A stretch of 63,394 nt of DNA, counting the filler, from Octopus bimaculoides (taxonomy: Eukaryota): assembly GCF_001194135.2 (NCBI RefSeq). It is 6 parts of 6 records of this genome, joined end to end, with 100 filler letters (N's around TTAATTAATTAA, not from the genome) between each part and the next. Parts side by side here need not be neighbours in the genome. Positions count along the whole stretch, not along the records: positions 30,703 to 43,923 come from NC_068991.1; positions 44,024 to 50,384 come from NC_068983.1; 4 more parts are not named here. One strand, given 5' to 3'. Positions 37,132-49,525 of the stretch are shown here, piece after piece. The notes below the pieces were generated by a model. It saw only the letters and a list, made by a program, of their open reading frames with translations, had not been told where the DNA came from and ran no database searches. The stretch's first letter is position 1, and each line of letters starts with the position of its first letter. A program made the translations under genes and the position numbers.

Positions 37132-38400
37132 TTGAATATTGTCGATTCTAGCTTTGAGTGTCGTTTGTTATAGTTAATCTCAAGACTTATCCACATGTAC
37201 AAACAGATATATTTATAAATTCGCACACGGGCAAAGAAATCACAATACACGTGTGAATATATAGAAAATACATCAATCGAAACAAAGGTAAATTTCTACT
37301 GCTACAGTTGAAATTCAGCTACAAGAATATATATGAAGCACAAAGCTTACATAACTAAATTTGACCGAAGCCACGTGGCTGGGTCAATAAGTAAGTTCAA
37401 GTAGTGACACATCAAATATTGTTCTTGTAATTGGGTGGTAAGTAGTTACCCGTGTGAAAGTATTTCCTAGAACTATATTCCTATTGCCCGATATTACGTT
37501 TTTGTATATTAAAAATGGCAGGACAATGAATCGTAGCAAAGTGGGTGTTGAAAAGGTCCCAGAAGAAAAAGGTTGATAACTAAAACAAAATTCGTGAAGT
37601 TTTAATATACTCTAAAAGTATAACATTTTCTACTTAGTCGGGAAAATTCCCCAGATGTTTTCTTGCAACATGGATTTTTGCAGCATTTAATGATGAAATA
37701 TTAAAGTAATTTGAAATATTGCATTATGATGCCTTATCACGATTGGAGTCAATGATATTGGTTCGGAAGAAAGTGATTATATAATGAAAGTTTGTCTTTC
37801 CATCTATCCTGTGGAAACGCTTGGTATCAAGCGCATGAATATAGAAGTAGTAGCTACAAATGATAACATTTTATCAGTTGTATTAAAAAGAGATTTAATA
37901 AAATAATTTTATATTCTGTTGTAGCCTACTAAGTTTATTATTCAAGTCCCGACAGATGAGAATGTACATCCCAACTACAGACCAGTAAAGCTCTTAATTT
38001 CCGGGTCTACGAGTATAAATGCAATATTTGACACGAACAATTGAGCTAGCAAAGCATGACTCAGTAATGCAAACTGGCGTGTCCTCATAGTTAGCACTTT
38101 CTGGTAAAAGTTTCCATGTTCTTTCGTTTCATTGAGCCGTTTCTTTCGTTTCGCATACAGTTGATAAAAGTAAATCCTCCTTTTTTTTTCACGCAGTTTC
38201 TGTTAGAGTTGATGCAATCAAAGAATAATGAAAGCAATCTCAACTTGAATTTCCTAGTTGAATATTCAACTGCAGTTCGGTTCTTACACTCAAACATCTT
38301 TGAATGTTCATATTTATGCCTCCAGTCTTCAAACTTGAGAGAGAGAGGTTGAGAAAGAGAAAGAGAAAGAAGGAGATTGATACGGACGTACGTACTTCCC

Positions 38401-38437
<37 letters not shown>

Positions 38438-38964
38438 NNNNNNNNNNNNNNNNNNNNNNNNNNNNNNNNNNNNNNNNNNNNNNNNNNNNNNNNNNNNNNN
38501 NNNNNNNNNNNNNNNNNNNNNNNNNNNNNNNNNNNNNNNNNNNNNNNNNNNNNNNNNNNNNNNNNNNNNNNNNNNNNNNNNNNNNNNNNNNNNNNNNNNN
38601 NNNNNNNNNNNNNNNNNNNNNNNNNNNNNNNNTATACCTACATGCATACATGTATCACATATAACATACATGCGAGTATTTACACGTACATATAATCAGG
38701 ATTTATAGACACAAAAATAATATTAAGCTGGAGAGATAGAAAAACAAATTTCTATGTAAACATGAAAGGTGTAAAATTCCTAAATCAAACTGTTACATGG
38801 TTAGGTTTCTTCCTAATGACTGACATTGCATTCACAACATGGAGCCACTGCACTATAATATACATTACCCTACACGAAATAAAAATTTTATAGAAAAATA
38901 TTAGTTAACTGCTCAGCAATTCTATATAGAATTCCTCCAAATGATTAACACTCTAAACACATTA

Positions 38965-40755
38965 CACTGGTCAACAAGTATTTTTCATCAAGCATATGTC
39001 AAGGTGAACTTGGTGTAGTTTTAATGCTGATTTCAAATATACAATTAGTTTTTTGACATCACGCACAGTTTTTAAGATGAAGTTCTTTGGTTTTAGCTCA
39101 TGCAATTAATGACGCGTATGCATGTATTTCATTTACATTATGGAAACATACCTTTAAAATGAATTACATTATTCATTGCTGCATAGTTCAGATGCAATAT
39201 TTCATCATTTTTAATTAATCAATCAAGTTTTGTCTGATGAAATAGGTATTTCAACATCTCAAATTGTCCAGTCATAATTGGTCTGATGAAATATTTCATC
39301 ATCTCAAATTCAATACAAGTATAACCGCTTGTATCCATTTCATTAATTGTTTTACAGTGTTTATGTCAAGACAGTGAACAAATCGTCCTGATGTGTTTTG
39401 TTACGATTGTGGACAATTTATTGTGAAAGCTCAAATACGTACAACACCAGAGATCAAGAAGATTTACAGGCTATACTTCGACTGTCCTCTTGGAGATCAG
39501 GACAAGTTATGGGCACCACATTTTATCTGCTCAGCTTGCTCAAATAGCTTACGTGACTGGTCCAATAATAAGAAGTCCATGCCTTTTGCCATTCCAATGA
39601 TATGGAGGGGGCCGGAAGACCATTTTAATGACTGTTATTTTTGCAAAGTAAATGTCACACGATTTTCTATGAAGAATAAACACAAAATTGTGTATCCCAA
39701 TTTGGATTCTGCAATGAGACCTGTACCTCACAATGGAAGTCTGCCAATTCCGGTTCCACCAGATGATGGTATTGAAACATTAGATGATGAAGGTGACTGT
39801 CACGATAGTGCTGCTGAGGAAGGTTACGTATCTGATGACGATAGCTTTGAACCTCAGAAATTCCCAAGCTGAACTGAGTGACCTTGTCAGAGACCTATCC
39901 CTCTCAAAAGAAAAAGCATAACTGTTGGCATCAAGACTGAAGGAGAATTATCTGTCAGAGCATGGTGTTCATATAACTTTTTGGGGCTGAGAAATGCGTT
40001 TCTGCAAACGTGTTTTTCTATTGAAGGCCCACTTTGCTTTTGTAGTAACATCAATGGATTTTTCAAATGTCTATCACAAAATTATGATACTTCAGAATGG
40101 AGTTTGTTTATTTATTCTTCAGAATGAAGTATAAAATCTGTACTTCTCCATAATATTAATTTGAAGCCCTCCATTCCTATTGCACACTCCGTTCAACTTC
40201 ATAAATCACATAAGAATATGGAACTTTTACTTCATGCCATTGCCTATGAAAGATACTCATGGCAAATCTGTGGAGATTTAAAAATCATTAGAATGTTAAT
40301 GGGGATGCAGTCAGGTCTCACAAAATACTGTTCTTTCTTGTGTTTATGTGATAGTCGGGTAACTGACTGACATTATTCGGAATCAAACTGGCAGACAAGA
40401 ACATCATACCAGCCAGGACTGTCTAGCGTCAAGAATACACCCTTTGTAGATCCATGTAATGTTCTATCACCTCCTTTGCACATAAAGCTTGGACTGATGA
40501 AACAATTTGTAAATACACTAGAGAAGAGAACTGTCAGATGGTTTGAGTATATTGTAGAAAAGTTTCCCAAAATCACACAGAAGTTGAAATAGGGTATCTT
40601 TGTCGGACCCAAAATTAGAGAAGTACTCAAAGATGTCAACTTCAAGACAAAACTGGATGAACTGTAACTGCCTGCTTGGAATGTTTTCAATTGGATCTGT
40701 GAGAATTTCTTGGGCAACAAGAAGACAATGGACTACAATGATGGCATCAAGAATC
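38965..40755 (+). mobile_element. Chapaev3-type (CMC superfamily) DNA transposon; left end intact, right end lost at a microsatellite and gap; transposase pseudogene from 39363
   Basis: TTA|CACTGGTCAACAAG terminus; FCYDCG...GDQDKLWAPHFICSAC...PMIWRGPEDHFNDCYFC...YPNLDSAMRPVPH; QAELSDLVRDLSLSKEKA; WQICGDLKII...GMQSGLTKYC; PPLHIKLGLMKQFV; stops and frameshifts. Confidence 0.88.
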
Positions 40756-40779
40756 ATACATACATATATATATATATAT

Positions 40780-40810
<31 letters not shown>

Positions 40811-42224
40811 NNNNNNNNNNNNNNNNNNNNNNNNNNNNNNNNNNNNNNNNNNNNNNNNNNNNNNNNNNNNNNNNNNNNNNNNNNNNNNNNNNNNNNNNNN
40901 NNNNNNNNNNNNNNNNNNNNNNNNNNNNNNNNNNNNNNNNNNNNNNNNNNNNNNNNNNNNNNNNNNNNNNNNNNNNNNNNNNNNNNNNNNNNNNNNNNNN
41001 NNNNNNNNNNNNNNNNNNNNNNNNNNNNNNNNNNNNNNNNNNNNNNNNNNNNNNNNNNNNNNNNNNNNNNNNNNNNNNNNNNNNNNNNNNNNNNNNNNNN
41101 NNNNNNNNNNNNNNNNNNNNNNNNNNNNNNNNNNNNNNNNNNNNNNNNNNNNNNNNNNNNNNNNNNNNNNNNNNNNNNNNNNNNNNNNNNNNNNNNNNNN
41201 NNNNNNNNNNNNNNNNNNNNNNNNNNNNNNNNNNNNNNNNNNNNNNNNNNNNNNNNNNNNNNNNNNNNNNNNNNNNNNNNNNNNNNNNNNNNNNNNNNNN
41301 NNNNNNNNNNNNNNNNNNNNNNNNNNNNNNNNNNNNNNNNNNNNNNNNNNNNNNNNNNNNNNNNNNNNNNNNNNNNNNNNNNNNNNNNNNNNNNNNNNNN
41401 NNNNNNNNNNNNNNNNNNNNNNNNNNNNNNNNNNNNNNNNNNNNNNNNNNNNNNNNNNNNNNNNNNNNNNNNNNNNNNNNNNNNNNNNNNNNNNNNNNNN
41501 NNNNNNNNNNNNNNNNNNNNNNNNNNNNNNNNNNNNNNNNNNNNNNNNNNNNNNNNNNNNNCCTGCCTGCCTGCCTGCCTGCCTGCCTGTCTGCCTGTCT
41601 GTCTGTCTGTCTGTCTGTCTATCTGCTTGTCTGTCTGACTGTTTCTCTATCTCAGTACCTACTTACTTAACTATCTGTTTCTCCATGTCCGTCTATCTCT
41701 CCTACCAACTTATTTATCTGCCAGTCTATCAATGTATCTATCAAACAGATATGTCTGTTTACCCGTCGATCTATTCATCCATCCGTCGATCAATCTAATT
41801 TATCCATCTATATACCTGTTTGTCTATCCATCCGTCCGTCGTCCGTTCACCCGTTCGTTCGTCTGTCTGTCTGTTTGTCTGCATGCCTATTTATCTAACT
41901 CCTCTGACTGACTGGCGGGTAGGCTGGCTGTCAGGTTGATCAGTTGGTCAGTTGTTCGGACGGCTGTTTTGTGTGTTTGCAACACATGCTGACATACGGT
42001 CTACGTAAACTCGAGGACGTGTGCTGGAAACGTTCTGAACCACGTCGATTGTTATTTGCGTATATGCCAATGCATGCCTTTCTGCCTGACTGTATGGATG
42101 TTCATATGTGTGCCAGGAAGTATGCGTGAATGTACGCACGTTTGTATGCATATGTATGTGTGCATGCATGCACACGCGTTTGTATGCATTTGTACGCATG
42201 CAATCATGATATATATATGTGTGC

Positions 42225-42277
<53 letters not shown>

Positions 42278-42666
42278 NNNNNNNNNNNNNNNNNNNNNNN
42301 NNNNNNNNNNNNNNNNNNNNNNNNNNNNNNNNNNNNNNNNNNNNNNNNNNNNNNNNNNNNNNNNNNNNNNNNNNNNNNNNNNNNNNNNNNNNNNNNNNNN
42401 NNNNNNNNNNNNNNNNNNNNNNNNNNNNNNNNNNNNNNNNNNNNNNNNNNNNNNNNNNNNNNNNNNNNNNNNNNNNNNNNNNNNNNNNNNNNNNNNNNNN
42501 NNNNNNNNNNNNNNNNNNNNNNNNNNNNNNNNNNNNNNNNNNNNNNNNNNNNNNNNNNNNNNNNNNNNNNNNNNNNNNNNNNNNNNNNNNNNNNNNNNNN
42601 NNNNNNNNNNNNNNNNNNNNNNNNNNNNNNNNNNNNNNNNNNNNNNNNNNNNNNNNNNNNNNNNNN

Positions 42667-42768
42667 AAGAAGAAGAAGAAGAAGAAGAAGAAGAAGAAGA
42701 AGAAGAAGAAGAAGAAGAAGAAGAAGAAGAAGAAGAAGAAGAAGAACAACAACAACAACAACAACAAC
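42667..42768. repeat. (AAG)n then (AAC)n compound microsatellite
   Basis: Direct reading. Confidence 0.97.
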
Positions 42769-43071
42769 AGTAACACCAACAAGGATTTACCACAAGCACT
42801 TTCATCAGCAACATCACCACCACCATCATCAATAGCAACAACAAACAATATTGTCACCGTGGAAATAACACAGTGCCAAATGTTTGCATATTTTCCCTAT
42901 CTCCTTTGAAAACAATATGTTGTCTAGTCTTAGCGCAGCAACACCAGCAGCATCAGCAACAACAATATCAACAACAAAAACACCAACATCAGCTACACCA
43001 ACAGAAACTGTCGGTAATACCAACAAATGCTGGACAGTGAAGAAATTAATACGAATAATAATGGTAATAGT

Positions 43072-43083
43072 AATATAATAATG

Positions 43084-43162
<79 letters not shown>
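43072..43162. repeat. (TAA)n microsatellite directly upstream of a LINE
   Basis: Direct reading. Confidence 0.97.
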
Positions 43163-43164
<2 letters not shown>

Positions 43165-43923
43165 GGCAGAAGATAAAGCACACAATGAAAAGGCCTCTTG
43201 GATTGATAGAATATCTACAGACTTAGACTCCTTAGATGAGCAAAAGTGGGAGGGGGTCAAGGTAGAAGATATAAGATCTGCTCTCAGGAGGTCGAGCAAA
43301 TGGAAGGCTCCAGGAAAGGATAAAATTCCTAACTTCTGGTTGAATGCCTTCCCAGAGAGCCATGAACTGCTAACAAAACTTTACAACGATGTTTTGCAAA
43401 ATCCTAGATTGATGCCCTCTTGGCTAGTTAATGGTTTAACATTCCTGCTTCCAAAAAATGAGGAAACAAACGAACCAAAAAATTATCGACCCATAACCTG
43501 CTTAACAACAATGTATAAGACATTAACATCCGCCCTAAATGAGTATACCTATAATTTTTTAATAGAAAGTAGCATATTTCCTAATGAGCAAAAGGGATGT
43601 AAACGTGGATCTTATGGTTGTAAAGATCAGCTACTCATCAATAAGATGATCTTAGAAGATTGTCACAAGCGACACAAAAACTTGTCAATAGCCTGGATAG
43701 ACTATAAAAAGGCCTTTGATAGCCTACCACATAGCTGGATTAGGAAATGTCTGGAAATGTATAAAATAGCTCCTACTCTGCGAAACTTTTTATCTGTAAG
43801 TATAAGATCATGGAGAACCACACTGACGTTGAACAATGTCAATGAATCTCTAAATGCTGGAGATGTAAGAATTTCATGTGGCATTTTCCAGGGTGACTCA
43901 CTATCACCACTCCTCTTCTGTCT
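43163..43923 (+). mobile_element. R4/Dong-clade non-LTR retrotransposon reverse transcriptase fragment, frame open up to the gap
   Basis: WKAPGKDKIPNFWL, PKNYRPITCL, EQKGCKRGSYGCKDQLLINK, AWIDYKKAFDSLPHSW, GIFQGDSLSPLLFC; no stop over about 253 codons; starts abruptly after (TAA)n. Confidence 0.9.
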
Positions 43924-44023
43924 NNNNNNNNNNNNNNNNNNNNNNNNNNNNNNNNNNNNNNNNNNNNTTAATTAATTAANNNNNNNNNNNNNNNNNNNNN
44001 NNNNNNNNNNNNNNNNNNNNNNN

Positions 44024-44216
44024 ATAAATACTATCTGTCATTCTGTATTGACTCGAATGGAAAAATGTGTCGCTCAAGAAGGACTTCAGTTTGAACAATT
44101 TTCATGATGTTTTGTATTTAGATGCTTTTTATTATATTCATTCAGTTGTTAAACATAAATAAATCTTGGAATTAAATGGTTTGGATTTCCTCTCAGGTGA
44201 CTTTTGTCCATCCATG
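44024..44216 (+). mobile_element. Partial second copy of the adjacent Tc1/mariner MITE
   Basis: Near-identical (2 differences seen) to about 44322-44514; flanked by gaps. Confidence 0.8.
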
Positions 44217-44239
44217 TATATATCTGTGTNNNNNNNNNN

Positions 44240-44280
<41 letters not shown>

Positions 44281-44514
44281 CAGGGTTGGTCAAAAGTCAC
44301 CGGACAGCCAACCAAAATTCCATAAATACTATCTGTCATTCTGTATTGACTCGAATGGAAAAATGTGTCGCTCAAGAAGGACTTCAGTTTGAACAATTTT
44401 CATGATGTTTTGTATTTAGATGCTTTTTATTAAATTCATTCAGTTGTTTAACATAAATAAATCTTGGAATTAAATGCTTTGGATTTCCTCTCAGGTGACT
44501 TTTGTCCATCCATG
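44281..44514 (+). mobile_element. Tc1/mariner-derived MITE (234 bp)
   Basis: TA|CAGGGTTGGTCAAAAGTCAC...GTGACTTTTGTCCATCCATG|TA imperfect TIRs with TA flanks; residual RMEKCVAQEGLQFEQ transposase C-terminus. Confidence 0.8.
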
Positions 44515-45037
44515 TATATATCTGTGTGTGTGTGTGTATGTGTGTGTGTGTGTGCGTGCGTGCGTATATGTGAAGAATATGAGGGGGAATAAGCACGACG
44601 TGTAAGTGGTGTAATTGGTCTTGCATTAGGTTCCAAGTTCACAGCTGAGGCTGGAGCTAGGGATCCGTAGTAGGCTTCAAAGTTAGCAGAGATCCGTAAT
44701 AGGCTTTCTCAGAAATAAATGTAAGAGATTAATTACTTTTAATTACTCTAAATGACCTGAGATACTCAGCCTGTCATGGTTTTGATGTCCTTTTTCCTCG
44801 TATATGNNNNNNNNNNNNNNNNNNNNNNNNNNNNNNNNNNNNNNNNNNNNNNNNNNNNNNNNNNNNNNNNNNNNNNNNNNNNNNNNNNNNNNNNNNNNNN
44901 NNNNNNNNNNNNNNNNNNNNNNNNNNNNNNNNNNNNNNNNNNNNNNNNNTATATATATGTATATATATATATATATAAACGGCAGTTTGCAATGTTTCAC
45001 CAAAACGTAAATTACAAATGTCACTAAATGCAAATAA

Positions 45038-45150
45038 GGTGTTAGGAAACACCTACATCGTTAGAAATAGCTAAACCGCTCTAATATGTAGTCTACAGCA
45101 TTAGAGCGGCTTAGCTCTTATTTCTACCAATGTAGGTGTTTCCTCACACC
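45038..45150. repeat. 113-bp near-perfect palindrome
   Basis: GGTGTTAGGAAACACCTACAT...CCGCTCTAAT vs ATTAGAGCGG...ATGTAGGTGTTTCCTCACACC. Confidence 0.92.
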
Positions 45151-45493
45151 CTAGTCCTATTGTATTTGTGTAACACTGTTCGTTTTTTTCCGTCCTTGTT
45201 TTTGTATACATTCGCTGCTTTCTTCCAAGGATTCTAATGCTAGTAGCTTAGGTTTTCGTTGGGGCTAGCCAGATTGGAGCAATATCGAGAATAACCGGCC
45301 GAAATTGCAAAGATAATCTGGATTTATTCACACAAGGATTTAATCTGCACGAATTTCTACACGGATATTTACCACTGGAATGAAACTACTCTTCAAGTAC
45401 TGTTCTCTCTTCTTTCAGCACATCACACTCTTTACCACTTCATACTAAAAATATCCGCCTATGGATATAATAATAGATTACGTTATTTTTTCT

Positions 45494-45542
45494 GTCTCCG
45501 ATGAAGGGAAGTACTGGATCTTCCCAGAAACACCTGTAAGAC
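45494..45542 (+). ncRNA. Degenerate minimal type I hammerhead motif
   Basis: GTCT-CCGATGA-A-GGGAAG(TACTGGAT)CTTCCC-A-GAAACA(CC)TGT-A-AGAC; all three stems form; U4 changed to C. Confidence 0.6.
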
Positions 45543-46559
45543 TCTATCCATAAAATTCTTCAACCTTACCTTTGCTCTCTTTATCCTTTTGTTTATATTT
45601 TTTTTATTTTTTTTTATTTTTAAAGTTTCATCTTAGAGCTGCGGCCATGCTGATGCACCATATATATATATATATATATTTGTGTATTTATATATAATGT
45701 ATGTATATATTCATGTATAAACAGACACAGACACACAGACACATACACAAACACACAAATACACACGCACACACACACGCTTACACATATATGTATAGAT
45801 ATGTATAGTTGCACGTGTATATGTAAAACAACTGAGAAGTTATGCCAATTCACCAAGCAACGTTGTTCTACTCGAAAACTTTATCAATCCGTTTGTAATA
45901 TGCCTTCTCACAGCCTTCTAATATCTGGTAAATACTACTGTGTCGCATGGATATTAATAATACCTACTCACATCAACAACAAAAATCTATATAAGTAATC
46001 ATAGATGCTTAAAAGCAAATTCGCTCTGGATAAAGGTTTTCAGTAGAAGAAAGTGCTACAGCGTAAAACCTTGTCAAATCATTCGGAAATTTATATATAA
46101 CTCAATTATCTATAACCTGGTGAATACTTGTAAAACTCTTCTTCGCAGTGGAGATCTAATAACACTGAAACAAGTTTTTATTTGTGACAACACGCAAGAA
46201 ATGCGACTCACCACTCCATACTTTATATATATAAAATTTAATTCGAATTAATTTGGATTTAGAAGCTCTCTTCCTTTCCTCTCCCAACCAGTATTAACCA
46301 TCCAAGTTCATAACTTTTCCCTAAATTAATTATGTTTAAATAATTTATTTTTTGTGGCTCATTACATTAAGCTCGTTGGTCCGCCCATTTGATTATACGG
46401 TAAAATAGATCTTTCTGAAAACACTGCATCATCATTACTTTATGAACTGTAAAATTAAAACAGGGTAGGACATTAGTTTTTACTGCAACTATATATAAAG
46501 CCATGTACATCTTCATCCTATTCAGAGGAATAGGAAAAAAGCAAGAAATTTAAAAACAA

Positions 46560-47700
46560 AAATGGCAGGTAATAAAGATTGGTTCAATGGCAACTGTAAA
46601 AACACTCCAAACAGAACGCATTATCTCTTCAATCAATCGAAAATGAGTAATACTCAAGAGAAACGAAACGAAAGTTTATAAGCAAGAAAAGCATAGATAG
46701 AATCAGGCATTCAGGTGAAAAGAAAACATATTGCAAAATTGAAAAAGAATTGACAAGTAACAATAACTTCACAAAAAATATGGTGAAATATTATAAACTA
46801 GCTCTCTTCAAGAACGGACGTAGACCTGCTATGAAACTTAACTGTACTGCACACTCAGTGACATAGCAAAAGAATGATACCGTCTGTTATTTCTTTGTAG
46901 AAAAGTTTCCCCTGTAGATAATCAACCCCTAAATAGCAGTCAATATTCTGGTAATATGATAGAGTATGTAATTAAAAAAAACCCTGATAATTTGGAACTC
47001 GCATACGATAAGTCCATGGGTCATGCTCACTTTCCTTCCAAAGCTCTCAAAGAATCCGTTTGTGTTACCTACTTTGTCTTTGATTTAACGGCGACATGTT
47101 TCCAAACAAGTCTAAAAGGGTCTTTGTGTTACCAATAAATAAGGGTTGGAGAGATTCGTAGCTGGTCCTTTGACTACTGATTTTTATCTGTGCTTACCAC
47201 ATAAGGAATGTATTGGACCATCATCAGCACCTGATGTAAATAATTAACTTCCCGAACCAACGAAGCAATTTTAATGAGTCACCCAACGCGTAACAGATAG
47301 ACGCCTACAAAAATAAATCTGTAGTGAGCATTGGTCATAAAAAATAAAGGTGAGGCCACAAAAATAATGGCCTAAACATAGCTAAACATAAACTCCCCAA
47401 CACAAGTTTTTTTTATTTTGGTAGGGCAAACTGAAGGATTAGATAACAACTGCGTTTACAACATCAGCATAACCACCGCTGTTTCTTGAAGGCAATTTGA
47501 TTTCCAAAGAGACCAAAGATCCATTTCCAGACATGGATTATTTATCTGAGCATGGATCAGAAAATGTGTCATGATATATTCTTGAACGTTACTGAAAGCT
47601 TTGTCAGAGGGCAGCACAACATATTAGATTGCCGAGGGACACCATATCACACTCTATGTTCCGGGCTGTAAGGTGTAATACCTGTTTCTTTAATTTAGCT
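46560..47700 (+). pseudogene. Very degraded CR1-like LINE ORF2 (RT region)
   Basis: NKDWFN, DKSMGHAHFPSKALKES (like KAxGPDGIPxxxLKE), GEATKIMA (like GEARxVALDISKAF); many stops. Confidence 0.4.
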
Positions 47701-47726
47701 TTCAAGATTCTTGATATGGGAAGTGT

Positions 47727-48090
47727 GGAGGCACAATTGCCCAGTGGTTAGGGCAGCGAACTCGCGGTCATAGGATCGCGGTTTCGATTCCCAGACCGGG
47801 CGTTGTGAGTGTTTATTGAGCGAAAACACGAGGCTCCGGCAGAGGATGGTGGCGAACCCTGCTGTACTCTTTTACCACAACTTTCTCTCACTCTTACTTC
47901 CTTTTGTTGTATCTGTAATTCAAAGGGCCACACTTGTCACACTGTGTCACGCTGAATATCCCCGATAACTACGTTAAGGGTACACGTGTCTGTGGAGTGC
48001 TCAGCCACTTGCACGTTGATTTCACGAGCAGCCTGTTCCGTTGATCAGATGAACTGGAACCCTCGACGTCGTAAGCGACGGAGTGCCAAC
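47727..48090 (+). mobile_element. SINE family C, full length (tRNA-like head)
   Basis: GGAGGCACAATTGCCCAGTGGTTAGGGCAGCG...GGTTTCGATTCCC (A/B boxes); body nearly identical to 50484-50779. Confidence 0.9.
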
Positions 48091-48109
48091 ACACACGATA
48101 TGGGTTAGT

Positions 48110-48780
48110 GTACATTATTTACTTTTGTCCTCATCTTGTTTCGGCTGATTGGGGAAATTTCGAACCTGGGTTCTCATTCCTAACGTATTTTTCGATGTTC
48201 TTCTTCTTCTTCTTCTTCTTCTTATTATTATTCAGGTCACTGCCTGGAATCGAACTCGGAATCTTGGGGTTAGTAGCCCGCGCTCTTAACCAATAAGCCA
48301 TATGCATGTGGGCAATTATGTAGTGAATTTTAGGGCTTATAAATCTCATATTTTCCTCTCCTTCCTTAATACCAGTTCCCATATGCTACTCATATCTGCA
48401 CTCGGTCTACTTATGAGGTTGCTGTGTCCTAGCATATGTGCTGCATCTTTTAGTTTTCGTATTTTCCAAGGGTGTTCTCTGTCTATTATTTTAACATCAT
48501 CCCACAGGGGGAGGTGGACTCCATTTTTCCATACATGATCCACTATACCCGATTTATCAATATCAACTTGTATCACAGCTTTGCGATGTTCGTCTGCCTT
48601 TATCTTTAGGGGACGGCATGTTTCGCATTTATATAACCTACCACAGGTGCATGGGATGGACTATACGCAGTCCTTGGTCAAATTCTCTTCTATTGATGTT
48701 TTTACTCGAAGGAGATATTTGCGAAGTCGAATGTAAATATTGTAAATAATGTACATAATTCCTCATTTCTTAAATATAGA
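48110..48780 (-). mobile_element. Penelope-like element (PLE): GIY-YIG endonuclease C-terminus, 3' UTR, inverted terminal piece
   Basis: LRKYLLRVK...TKDCV*SIPCTCGRLYKCETCRPLK...EHRKAV...DKSGIVDHVW...IIDREHPWKIRKLKDAAHM to TGA at 48346; GTACATTATTTAC (48110) inverted at 48742-48754. Confidence 0.9.
48235..48305 (-). other. tRNA-like sequence (pseudo-tRNA) within the PLE 3' UTR
   Basis: A-box TGGCTTATTGG, loop CTACTAA flanked by GGG/CCC, B-box GTTCGATTCC; acceptor stem poorly paired. Confidence 0.65.
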
Positions 48781-49011
48781 ACTATATGAGCTAGCGTGTT
48801 GAATCATAATAAAACACGCACTGATTTTATCTCACTTCTTTATTTTTATTCGTCTTTTGGATTACTATTTACACAATTTAATAATCGAATGTTTGATTAA
48901 TGGTTTAGTCCAAAAATCAATCAGATAAGTTTGTCAAAGTCATTTCGTCGTCATTTGTGATCACATCAACGACAAGGCATCTCTATTCTAAATCTATTCT
49001 AAGCTTATCTG

Positions 49012-49015
<4 letters not shown>

Positions 49016-49085
<70 letters not shown>

Positions 49086-49090
49086 TCTCT
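49016..49090. repeat. (CT)n microsatellite
   Basis: Direct reading. Confidence 0.97.
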
Positions 49091-49461
49091 TTGAGACCCT
49101 TCTGGGGAACAACAGTTTTGGGTGTAATGTTAATGCGTTTTGGCTACCATTTCTAGCATACCGTGAGACGACATCGGAAAACTTCGTTGCCTCTCACTAT
49201 AGCACGATCATTATATAATACATCTATATATGTACGTACATGTATGCATATTTCACTCTCACCCACACTTCCCCCTCTCTCTGACTTTCTACCACTCTAT
49301 ACATATGCCCCTTGTATCCATATGCTCACGCCCACACATGTGCATTACTTTTAATGAGTTTTGGCTGCTGTTTCTAACATGACAACACGTTAACATTGCC
49401 TCATTATTGCCACCCAATACGTTTCTTGGATACATATACACAGGTGTGTGTGTGTGCAAGC

Positions 49462-49525
<64 letters not shown>

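Noticed and set aside
39234-39310. Two CTGATGA motifs in the Chapaev 5' region
   Set aside because: No stem II/GAAAC architecture; explained as an internal direct repeat
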